Below, one piece after another: positions 33,178 through 41,372 of a stretch of DNA of 44,448 bases (the stretch's first letter is position 1; the number at the start of each line of letters is the position of its first letter). Below the pieces are notes generated by a model that saw only the letters and a list, made by a program, of their open reading frames with translations, did no database searches and was not told where the DNA came from. Made by a program: the position numbers and the translations under genes. The stretch spans positions 1 through 44,448 of the IMG/VR virus record IMGVR_UViG_3300048592_000946. One strand, given 5' to 3'. The DNA is from a virus. Its lineage: Duplodnaviria; Caudoviricetes.

Positions 33178-33867
33178 TTATTTAAGGATCAAATGCTGTC
33201 CGTCTTCCACCGCGCCAAGATCGGTCAATGCGCCAGCATCACTGTTGGGAAGCAAACCCTTGTAAACTATGGCGTGAGAAAATACTGCCGCGCCCTGGCC
33301 GCCCGCCGCATCCACACCTTCACCGGTATCCACGCCTTCGCCCAAAATTGCATAGGCTTTGGTGTACGGAGAGGCCGTTTTGGTCTGGATAAAAAGTATG
33401 CCGCCGTTGGCCACGGTCAGCGAGGAAAGATTGACTTGCGCAAATCCAATCAGGGCGTAATGGGAATAGGTGGTCCGGTCAATGGACGTAATGGCCCCAA
33501 TGTCAATGGGCGTCGCATCCGAATCCACGCCGGCGATATGATCTCCCACAGCAAACTTGTAGCTGTCCTTAATGGTAACTTTCGCCGTGGTGTCTGTTGC
33601 CCCGCCGTCTTCCAGGAGATAAGCCCCGGCAATAAACGGCAGCCCTCTTACCGGCGCCAAAACGGCATACGGCGCATACATGTCTTTCCGGCCGGTGCTT
33701 TCGGTGATTTTGCCGATCAAGGTGCCGGCCTCAAGAATCCCGTATCCGGGGGCCAGGGTAACCATCTTCTTTAAGGCGAGGCCGTAGTCGCTGTAAAACA
33801 GCCGTTTGGGGTCCACCTGAAACCCGCGTTTGATGTAAGGCGTGTCGCCGTATCTGACAAATTCCAT
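33178..33867 (-). CDS. Head decoration protein (gpD-like) with inserted domain
   Basis: VTLAPGYGILEAGTLIGKIT...YAPY...AYAIL...V....LP motifs. Lies between the scaffold and MCP genes. Confidence 0.78.
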   Translation of the reverse strand: MEFVRYGDTPYIKRGFQVDPKRLFYSDYGLALKKMVTLAPGYGILEAGTLIGKITESTGRKDMYAPYAVLAPVRGLPFIAGAYLLEDGGATDTTAKVTIKDSYKFAVGDHIAGVDSDATPIDIGAITSIDRTTYSHYALIGFAQVNLSSLTVANGGILFIQTKTASPYTKAYAILGEGVDTGEGVDAAGGQGAAVFSHAIVYKGLLPNSDAGALTDLGAVEDGQHLILK

Positions 33868-33935
33868 TATTTTTTCCTCCTTTACATTATTGTAAAATCA
33901 ACAAAAACAGAGTTTTAAATCAAAAAGCGATAGTG

Positions 33936-34502
33936 TTATTTTTCGCTTCCGTCGGGATCCTGAACCAGCGCCACCCACTTATCGACTTCCTCGTTTTCCT
34001 TTGCATCCAGCTCCGTGTCGATCTTCACATCGCCTTCCTGGCGCCGCTGTGAATACGAAGACCCTTCCACCGAAGACCGCTGTTTCGCCAGATCGGTTTC
34101 CCATTCCTTGATTTCAGCATCCACGGCCTTAATGAATTTGGCCCAGTCGCACTGACCGGATTCCTTGTCGATAAACATGGCGTGTTTGACATGCTGCGCA
34201 ATTTTCTTGTGCAGGTGATCCGGGATGTCGCTCTTTGACAGCCGGACGCTCCATTCCCTGTCGGCCTTGGCCTGGGCCTCGGACTCCGACCGCAGCAGGC
34301 TTTCTTTTTCCAGTTTGAGATTTTTCCCCTCAAGGTCGGTAATGGTTTTCGCCTGCCCTTCCACCGTCTTGTGAAGCTGGGTCACGGTCTGCGATAATTC
34401 CGAAAACTTTGCCTCAACTCCCTTTGTGGCGCCTGTTACCGCCTCTTCCTGGATCTGTTTGAACAAATCCGGGTGCTGCTCCTGAAAAGTTTTGATATCC
34501 AT
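33936..34502 (-). CDS. Scaffolding protein from an internal in-frame start (188 aa)
   Basis: AAAAGGAGG lies 11 nt before the in-frame ATG of MDIKTFQEQHPDLF. Confidence 0.7.
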   Translation of the reverse strand: MDIKTFQEQHPDLFKQIQEEAVTGATKGVEAKFSELSQTVTQLHKTVEGQAKTITDLEGKNLKLEKESLLRSESEAQAKADREWSVRLSKSDIPDHLHKKIAQHVKHAMFIDKESGQCDWAKFIKAVDAEIKEWETDLAKQRSSVEGSSYSQRRQEGDVKIDTELDAKENEEVDKWVALVQDPDGSEK

Positions 34503-35168
34503 GATCGTGCTGTCCTCCTTTTGATTTTGAAGTTGATCGTTTGCCAAAGACCCCGCCGCCGGGCCTTCATTAAAAACGCATCCCGCCAGATCCACTTCCT
34601 CAGAAAACGTGGCGGACTGCGTATTTCTGTCGTAGCCGAACACACACACCGACCCTTCAACGAATTCCCACTTACGGAAAATCGTTCCCGGGCCTTTAAC
34701 CTTGACGCCGTTGGCTTCCGCAAAAGACCCTTCGGCGATTCTTTCGATAACCGTAGGATTCACCCGGGCCGATGCTTCATAGGGGAACCCTTCCGAAGAA
34801 AGAAGTTGGAACTGCTGGCTTTCGGGCGTGGAAACAAAAACAACCTTGCCAGGATCCACCCGGAGATTCCCATCCACAATAGGTGGGCCGTTGTGATAAG
34901 CGATTTTTAATGACCGGTCATGATTTTCCAGGATGGGATATTTCTTTTTCGGGAATGTCGCGCCGGCCAGATCCAGCACCAGATCATCCCAGTACCAATG
35001 GTTTTTAATGATCCCGCCGGAATAAATCACCATATTCATCCGCGGCTTTTTATCGTCGCCCTCGCCGTCAAACTCCACCAGCGCATTAGGGCCTTCAAAT
35101 CCGAGGCAAAGCGCCCCGGCCGGCACCTTGTTGTTGTCGTTACTCTTGTCTTGCTTTTTTTTCGTCAT
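33936..35168 (-). CDS. Prohead protease-scaffold fusion (410 aa, start revised to MTKKK)
   Basis: PILENHD, GFPYEASA and EGSVCVFGYD..T.S match HK97/Mu-type maturation protease motifs. The C-half is coiled-coil. A GGAGAG SD precedes ATG 35168. Confidence 0.85.
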   Translation of the reverse strand: MTKKKQDKSNDNNKVPAGALCLGFEGPNALVEFDGEGDDKKPRMNMVIYSGGIIKNHWYWDDLVLDLAGATFPKKKYPILENHDRSLKIAYHNGPPIVDGNLRVDPGKVVFVSTPESQQFQLLSSEGFPYEASARVNPTVIERIAEGSFAEANGVKVKGPGTIFRKWEFVEGSVCVFGYDRNTQSATFSEEVDLAGCVFNEGPAAGSLANDQLQNQKEDSTIMDIKTFQEQHPDLFKQIQEEAVTGATKGVEAKFSELSQTVTQLHKTVEGQAKTITDLEGKNLKLEKESLLRSESEAQAKADREWSVRLSKSDIPDHLHKKIAQHVKHAMFIDKESGQCDWAKFIKAVDAEIKEWETDLAKQRSSVEGSSYSQRRQEGDVKIDTELDAKENEEVDKWVALVQDPDGSEK

Positions 35169-35299
35169 GACGGCTCTCCATAAACAAAAAGGGCAATATA
35201 GTGATATGGCACCATATTGCCCTTTGTTATGACCAACCACGGTTGCGCGACCGCGGGATACGATCAAACAATTTGATCTTTAATTTTTGTCAAGTCTAA

Positions 35300-35315
35300 A
35301 AGTTAAATGTAACTT
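35300..35315. promoter_or_regulatory. Palindromic operator-like site, copy 1
   Basis: AAGTTA-AATG-TAACTT, next to a minus-strand TTGACA (35293-35288) upstream of the protease gene. Confidence 0.6.
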
Positions 35316-35317
35316 TT

Positions 35318-36949
35318 TCAAGAACTTTTTTTGGCTTTAACCTTTTCAGAGTCATTTTTAGGTTTATTTTTAACTTTCGGCTGTTCCCCTTCGGCCTGCT
35401 CCTGAATGGCATCGGCCCGATCCGCATCAATGGAATAGGCCAATGGCGGGTATTGATGATCTTCTGTGGCCTTGCGAAGCCGCATCCGACCATAGCCGCC
35501 GATTCCGAGCATGGACGCTGCTTTTGACGGCGGCAACCCGAGGCTCTCCGGCATGGGACCGTGCTTACTTCCCAAAATCGCCTGGGTCCGCTGATTCAAA
35601 TCGACAATTTCAGACATGGGATACGACGTTTCAATCAACCGCTCCGGCCGGCGTTTAACTTTCTTCATAACCGGCTCTTTGTCTTTAAACCCGACAGCCT
35701 CTTCCACTTCAAAAAATTCAGGGAAACCGATCAGTTTGTGCTTTAAATGAAAGATACTGCCCCAGAAATCGAACCGATAGAAATTATCAAACCAACAGAC
35801 TTCATCCTGAGTCCGGTCCGCCATGGGGCCGCGGGACGCCTTGACTGAAGCATATGTGCCGCCGACCGTGCCGGTGGTCACATCGCTGGCCTCATTTAAC
35901 CCTGAGATCACCATCTGAAGAATGTCAGTATCTGAATTGGAAATAGACGGGATTTGCGGACTGCGCGGCGTTAATTTCATGCCCGGCGGCAAAAACAACC
36001 GGGTGCCGGGAAGAATCGGCGCCATAACCGCCGTGGCTTTTTTTTCTTCGGGTGTTAAATTCGCCCACAAACGAAAAGCCTTGATGTCTTCAAAGCTGAA
36101 TTCCCAAGCATAAGCCCCGATGGCCTTCTTGTGGTCAATCTCATATTTTTTTAAGTCTTCGTAATAATTCAACCATTCCAGTGTCGTCCGGAGATAAGAA
36201 ATAGCCCGGCGGGTGCAGAACCCGCGATCCCACCCCAACACAAAACGCTTGAACCCGCCGATGCTTTTAAACCTTGTTTTTCTGTCACGCGAGCCTGATT
36301 GAAGCCTTTTGTCGTAACTGTCATGGCCGGCAACGTCGTTAACCAAGTTCGGGTCATAGGCCACATAAACAGACGGGATATGCTCTTTCTCCCCGTTTCG
36401 ATCCACAATATAAAAAACAGGAAGAATGGTTTTTCGCGGATGGAAAATAATGCCGGTATCATCATCCCCGCCGCCGCTAAGAACAGATGGATCCATGAAA
36501 TCAACTTCGATGAAACCGTTTTCATGGCAGGTAAGAACCAGATAAAGTTCCCCCTCGACAACCGCCCGACTGACATACGGTCGCCAGTTGGCGTATAGTC
36601 GATTCCGCCAGTCCAGTTCGGTTTCCTCGATTGCTTCCTGAATCTCAGCGATTGCCGACGTGGCCTCAAAGCCCATACCGACGATCCGGCCGGTCAGACC
36701 CCGAACAGAAGTGTTGATCTGCGGATTACGATTAAATTTGTTCCAGCATTCTTTTTGGAGATATCCCCGGGTGAGAGCGGATTCGTCTTTTACATCGAAA
36801 TTAGATCCGGCCCCGGAGGTTCCGGTGGGAAATCCGTCGGCATCAACAGCCGTAGAGGACACCACAATGGAAGGAAGGGTGAATTTGATTTTTTCTAAGT
36901 CATCATCTGAAAGCGCCAGTAATGCTTGAAGCGCGTCGTCAACAGCCAC
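35318..36949 (-). CDS. Portal protein
   Basis: 543 aa between the terminase region and the protease. RAVVEGELYLVL, IEVDFMDPS and GI.F motifs. Confidence 0.85.
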   Translation of the reverse strand: MAVDDALQALLALSDDDLEKIKFTLPSIVVSSTAVDADGFPTGTSGAGSNFDVKDESALTRGYLQKECWNKFNRNPQINTSVRGLTGRIVGMGFEATSAIAEIQEAIEETELDWRNRLYANWRPYVSRAVVEGELYLVLTCHENGFIEVDFMDPSVLSGGGDDDTGIIFHPRKTILPVFYIVDRNGEKEHIPSVYVAYDPNLVNDVAGHDSYDKRLQSGSRDRKTRFKSIGGFKRFVLGWDRGFCTRRAISYLRTTLEWLNYYEDLKKYEIDHKKAIGAYAWEFSFEDIKAFRLWANLTPEEKKATAVMAPILPGTRLFLPPGMKLTPRSPQIPSISNSDTDILQMVISGLNEASDVTTGTVGGTYASVKASRGPMADRTQDEVCWFDNFYRFDFWGSIFHLKHKLIGFPEFFEVEEAVGFKDKEPVMKKVKRRPERLIETSYPMSEIVDLNQRTQAILGSKHGPMPESLGLPPSKAASMLGIGGYGRMRLRKATEDHQYPPLAYSIDADRADAIQEQAEGEQPKVKNKPKNDSEKVKAKKSS

Positions 36950-36983
36950 GACAAAAATTCCCCCAAAAGTTAATTTTGTCCAG

Positions 36984-37012
36984 AGAATAAGTCAATTTTA
37001 ACTTTTGTGCAA
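36984..37012 (-). promoter_or_regulatory. Candidate sigma70 promoter for portal with operator copy 2 over the spacer
   Basis: Minus strand TTGCAC-N17-TATTCT. AAGTCA-ATTT-TAACTT at 36989-37004. Confidence 0.55.
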
Positions 37013-37022
37013 GGGAAAAATA

Positions 37023-37400
37023 TTATTTCAAAATATTTTTAACGGTTTCAGGGGATGAAATATCAAAATCCTTTAATTTTTTCCCCGACAAAATTGCCGA
37101 CCGGAGCTCGGCCGCTGTGCGGTTTTCCTGGGCGATCTTGCCCAGATTCCACATTTTTTTAAGATTTAACTCCAGGAGCCGGGACAACACCGTCCAATAC
37201 ATGAACACATGCTTAAAGACTAAACAATCCGGATCCCCGGGAACCGTTCTCAGCCGCAACGCCAGATTCATTTGCCGGGACCATTGCCCCCACTCCACAT
37301 CAAACCGGGACATTTTCTTGCGCTTGGCCGCATAAAATTTTTCATCAATATGGGCGACATAATCTTTCGGCGTCCAGGTTGATATTTCTTTTTCTTCCAT
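37023..37400 (-). CDS. Hypothetical protein
   Basis: 125 aa, in operon. Confidence 0.65.
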   Translation of the reverse strand: MEEKEISTWTPKDYVAHIDEKFYAAKRKKMSRFDVEWGQWSRQMNLALRLRTVPGDPDCLVFKHVFMYWTVLSRLLELNLKKMWNLGKIAQENRTAAELRSAILSGKKLKDFDISSPETVKNILK

Positions 37401-37412
37401 CAGCGATTACCC

Positions 37413-38039
37413 CTATTCCAAATATAGACCTGAAAAAGCCATTCGAAAATAAGATTTTGTGTCTTCTATCAATAAAGCATCCCTGAAAAACCGACAAATC
37501 TTTTCAACCTGTCCGCTGTTTTTACGGATATCAAGCACCAGCACGCCGCCCGGCTTTAAAGTTTCAATCACTTCCTTGAGATACGTCTCAACTGGATAAT
37601 GGAATCCATATGAAATCAGACTTATGATAACGTCAAAACGCAGGTCCACTGGAAACGCCGTCACATATCTTGGCATGGTCGTCCCGTTTAACTGATAAAA
37701 ATCAACCACCGCGGCCCGCGTATTATATGCGCTCGGCTCCCAGGAATACCCATATCTGATTTCCGTATCCACGCGATCCAGATCAAATAGCGTGATGTCC
37801 ATATCATTGATGTCACGCATCAACAAAAAGTCAACCCCCGCCAAACCACAGCCGATATCAAGCGCCGTGGTCCCCGGATTAAAAAAATGTTTGATTTGTT
37901 CAAAATCTTTACAGCAGCTTTCCCAATAAAAACGGCCTATTTCAGATAAAGTCATTTTGTTGGCCCATGTGCGCTGCAATTGAATCAAGCCGCCGATATT
38001 TTTATTAATTTTAAAGCTCATTCCACCCCCGCCAACCAT
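37413..38039 (-). CDS. Class I SAM-dependent methyltransferase (small-molecule/glycan type)
   Basis: ALDIGCG motif I, FDVIIS and LKPGGVLVL. No DPPY/NPPY or PC DNA-methylase motif. The start may be MSFK (38021). Confidence 0.88.
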   Translation of the reverse strand: MVGGGGMSFKINKNIGGLIQLQRTWANKMTLSEIGRFYWESCCKDFEQIKHFFNPGTTALDIGCGLAGVDFLLMRDINDMDITLFDLDRVDTEIRYGYSWEPSAYNTRAAVVDFYQLNGTTMPRYVTAFPVDLRFDVIISLISYGFHYPVETYLKEVIETLKPGGVLVLDIRKNSGQVEKICRFFRDALLIEDTKSYFRMAFSGLYLE

Positions 38040-39361
38040 TTTTTAAACCCTTCAAACGTATCCGGTACATCATGCCGCAAACCGCTCCGCCGCAACACAT
38101 CCCAGAACACATACAGATACTGATCCGCCACCACCCGGATATCATGATGCTCTTCCGCAAATTTCCGACCGGCCGCGCCGATCCGTGCCGCCAGGCCGGG
38201 CTCTTCCTTTAATCGCCGCAACTGCTCCACAATCGATTCCACCGTGCGCTCGCAAAACAGGACATTGACGTCATGCTCCATCATCTCGCCATGGAACCCG
38301 GCCGTCCGGGTCGTCACCACCGGCACCCCGCACGCCAGGGCCTCCATGAGGGTGTTCGACGAACCTTCCCCCGCCGTAGGATGCAACAGCACATCAATCT
38401 GATGATAAAACCGCGGCATCATCTCCCCATGAGGGATCTGTCTGGCCCCGTACAATGCCTCCTTAAATTCAAACGCCAACTGCCGGCACGCATCTTTTGA
38501 GATATGAAACCCCTTGTAAACCTGTTTGGCATGCGTCGCTACATTGCCGACAAACCCGACCACCGGCCCATGAACCCGCGTCAACAACCCTTGAATCCGG
38601 GCTTTTCTGATTCGCCACTGATTTACCGTCCGCGCCGGCCCCGGCCGCCACACGGAAAGGTCAATCCCGTTAGGAATTAAAAACGTATGCGGATTTGCCT
38701 TTATTGCCTGTTGATATAAAAAATGGTTTGTCGCAATCACCGCCGCGCATTGACCCATCATTTCAAGGATCTGATCCACATACTTCCCCGGCTGCCCATC
38801 AAAAGACATGTTCCCTCCGCAACGAGCGATTACTTTTGATAAATACGGTCTTAAATACCTTAATTGCGTCACATTTTGAGATAAAACCATATCCGATGAA
38901 TCGATCCCCGGCGTTGCCGCCCCTGTGCGCCGGAAGGAAACAAAATCCTGAGCAAAAACATCCACCCCGGGACCGACCGCTGCTGTCAATGAATTTTCAA
39001 CATGGCCCCATGACCACCGGTTCAATTCAAAAACAAGGCTGAAAAGAGAAATTTTTTTATTCCTTTTACAAACCGGGCTCCCGACCCCGGCCCCGCGCCA
39101 CCGGTTACCGTCCAAATGCAAAATAGTGCGCTCATCCACGCCAAGAATCCGCATCTGGGGCACCAATGTTAAAAACCGGACATCCGAAGGCTCCTTACTG
39201 ATATGGCATTGCGGATCAACAATATGCTTAACCCCACCGCCGTAAACCTTTGTCATTTGATCAATCAAATGATTCACCAAATGACCGCAAGCCCACTTAC
39301 GATCCGGCTGACCGATATGCCATGATGTTTTAACCGGCTTACTGTCCATCTTACTGTCCAT
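38018..39361 (-). CDS. GT-B glycosyltransferase, family 4-like
   Basis: IPNGID, VGFVGN...KG and EGSSNTLMEALACGVPVVTT (E-x7-E), plus GAAGRKFAEE. Confidence 0.92.
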   Translation of the reverse strand: MDSKMDSKPVKTSWHIGQPDRKWACGHLVNHLIDQMTKVYGGGVKHIVDPQCHISKEPSDVRFLTLVPQMRILGVDERTILHLDGNRWRGAGVGSPVCKRNKKISLFSLVFELNRWSWGHVENSLTAAVGPGVDVFAQDFVSFRRTGAATPGIDSSDMVLSQNVTQLRYLRPYLSKVIARCGGNMSFDGQPGKYVDQILEMMGQCAAVIATNHFLYQQAIKANPHTFLIPNGIDLSVWRPGPARTVNQWRIRKARIQGLLTRVHGPVVGFVGNVATHAKQVYKGFHISKDACRQLAFEFKEALYGARQIPHGEMMPRFYHQIDVLLHPTAGEGSSNTLMEALACGVPVVTTRTAGFHGEMMEHDVNVLFCERTVESIVEQLRRLKEEPGLAARIGAAGRKFAEEHHDIRVVADQYLYVFWDVLRRSGLRHDVPDTFEGFKKWLAGVE

Positions 39362-41366
39362 AAAACCAGTTCCCCATCAACCCCGTCGGCTGAAAAACCT
39401 CTCCCCAATACTGCTTCCCCCGCCGCGGTCGAAATGATTCAACATTTAACAGCCGCCCAGCATAAAACGCATTGCCGGCCGCAAACATCCAGTCATCCTG
39501 AACCCCATATTTTAATTTTTTCTCCGGGGATCCAAACCACCGTTTGTCCGCGTCGTGATCAAAAAACATCATTTCTTCACGAACAATATCCCCGATGTCT
39601 TCTTTTGACCCCTGAACCGTCACCGGCGGCCCCTTGAATCTCCCGGTACGCACCAGGTTACAGAAATAGGTAAACATCGCCGCCTGGAGATTGTATGTCG
39701 GATGAATAATCTCGCACCGCACGCCGTAATCATCCCCCCAGGCTGATAAATCCCACAACCCGTAACGCTCGCCGCCCACCACGTCAATGCCGTCAAAGAC
39801 CTCATGGCCAATCAAGATATGCGTTTTCAGCATTTCAAGAGAATGATCCGCCACATCCACCACATAAAGCAGAAAATACACATAACTCAGCATGGGCATG
39901 GCAATCGTGGCGTTTTTCTTCTCCGGCCCGAAGTTGATCAAATGGTCGGCCCCAACGTCCAGCGCTTCCGAATTTTCCGAGCCGAGCATCGTCTTGCCTT
40001 CGGCGCCGACCTTCCCAAGATTCGGATTGCTCCGTGACCCCGGCAACCCTTTGGCAATCAACGTCAACATGGTCCGCGCCGCTGTCTTGATCTTCATCGG
40101 GTCCGCCCGGTCGATCCCGCCGATAATCGCCCAATCCGTGTCGTAAATCTCCGACAACCGGTCCAGGGCGTCCACTTCCGCGCAAATCGGAACACCGTTT
40201 TTATCCAAACGGTAAAGACTCGTCACCGGCCACAGCCTATCTTCAATCTGTTGGATCTCTTTCTCCGGATTCCATGCCCGATGGCCCCGCTTCACCCGTT
40301 CCTTGTCGCTGTCAAAGATATTATGCCGCCGCCGGATCAAATCCACGACCTGCGCATGGCACAAAACCTTGTTGTCCGCACCGATATAATTAAAAGCATC
40401 CACGTCTTCCTGGGAAAACACTTTTTCAGCGCCTGCAGACCACAGATTTTTAAAAAACCGGTCAAAAGCAAAAGGATGTTTGATTTTTAACGAATGAAGC
40501 TGCGCCGGCGTGTTGTTCGGATTCCAGTAATCCCGATAATCAGCCGTATCGCTGTATCGGTATGAGAAATAAATCGCCGGGTCTTCTTTCTTCACATAAG
40601 ACTGATACAGCCGATAAAGGGGATGATCTTTTGAAGATACCGTTGAATCCAAAATTCCGAACGCATTGGGGATATTTCGTAGCGACGTGTCTATTTTTTC
40701 AAAAAACTCAGGCTGCTTACACTCAAAAAACTCCGAAAACGTGTACCCGGTGATATTGGAAACAATGCCGGAAAAGCTGGATATCGTCTGAATCTTACTA
40801 ACGGTCTTCCCGTTGACGCGCCGCCGGATCTCTTTTTCCTGGATATTTCTTTTTCCAATGATATTCAATAACTTCGGGGAGTTCTCAATCATGCTCCGGA
40901 TTTCATTATACTGCAAAAACGAAGACTGCTCTTTTGAGTTCGCACACAAAACAAGTTTCATTCGAGGAAAACAAAAAAAACGCCACATGATAATGACGTT
41001 TGCCAAAAAAGACTTAGCCTCTCCACGGGGCCAGCAAAAAACAATCAACGAATGGACAAACTTCCCGTTCTCCATCCGCAACGCTTCTTTTAAAATCTTC
41101 TTATGTTCCTGCCACATCCCCCATGGCGACCGGCCCGTTTCCTTATGAGGCGTCTTGGGCAGGTCTTTTATCGGAAACCACTCCGCAAACGGCTTCCCGG
41201 GCTCATAGATCGGAGCGCACAGGTTTTCTTCGGCCCACAGTCCGCATCCGCCGCCGCCGTTTCTATATTCCTTATATTTTTCAATAATTTTCTGGATTTC
41301 ATCTGACGACGAGGCCGGTGCTGCCGGCTCCGGTACTTTCTTCGGTCGTCCCCGCTTCCCCGCCAT
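39351..41366 (-). CDS. terL: Terminase large subunit
   Basis: Walker A VFCWPRGEAKS, CANSKEQS, coupling motif ILDST, nuclease IIGGID and C-terminal QDDWMFA. Located upstream of portal. Confidence 0.88.
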   Translation of the reverse strand: MAGKRGRPKKVPEPAAPASSSDEIQKIIEKYKEYRNGGGGCGLWAEENLCAPIYEPGKPFAEWFPIKDLPKTPHKETGRSPWGMWQEHKKILKEALRMENGKFVHSLIVFCWPRGEAKSFLANVIIMWRFFCFPRMKLVLCANSKEQSSFLQYNEIRSMIENSPKLLNIIGKRNIQEKEIRRRVNGKTVSKIQTISSFSGIVSNITGYTFSEFFECKQPEFFEKIDTSLRNIPNAFGILDSTVSSKDHPLYRLYQSYVKKEDPAIYFSYRYSDTADYRDYWNPNNTPAQLHSLKIKHPFAFDRFFKNLWSAGAEKVFSQEDVDAFNYIGADNKVLCHAQVVDLIRRRHNIFDSDKERVKRGHRAWNPEKEIQQIEDRLWPVTSLYRLDKNGVPICAEVDALDRLSEIYDTDWAIIGGIDRADPMKIKTAARTMLTLIAKGLPGSRSNPNLGKVGAEGKTMLGSENSEALDVGADHLINFGPEKKNATIAMPMLSYVYFLLYVVDVADHSLEMLKTHILIGHEVFDGIDVVGGERYGLWDLSAWGDDYGVRCEIIHPTYNLQAAMFTYFCNLVRTGRFKGPPVTVQGSKEDIGDIVREEMMFFDHDADKRWFGSPEKKLKYGVQDDWMFAAGNAFYAGRLLNVESFRPRRGKQYWGEVFQPTGLMGNWFYGQ

Positions 41367-41372
41367 CTCTAT

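Noticed and set aside
37413-38039. DNA methyltransferase / restriction-modification
   Set aside because: It lacks DPPY/NPPY and PC catalytic motifs. Its size and motifs fit a small-molecule or glycan methyltransferase.
39351-41366. Intein or intron in terL
   Set aside because: The protein is long and has extra segments, but I see no intein C/S...HN splice motifs or LAGLIDADG/HNH signature, and the frame is uninterrupted.
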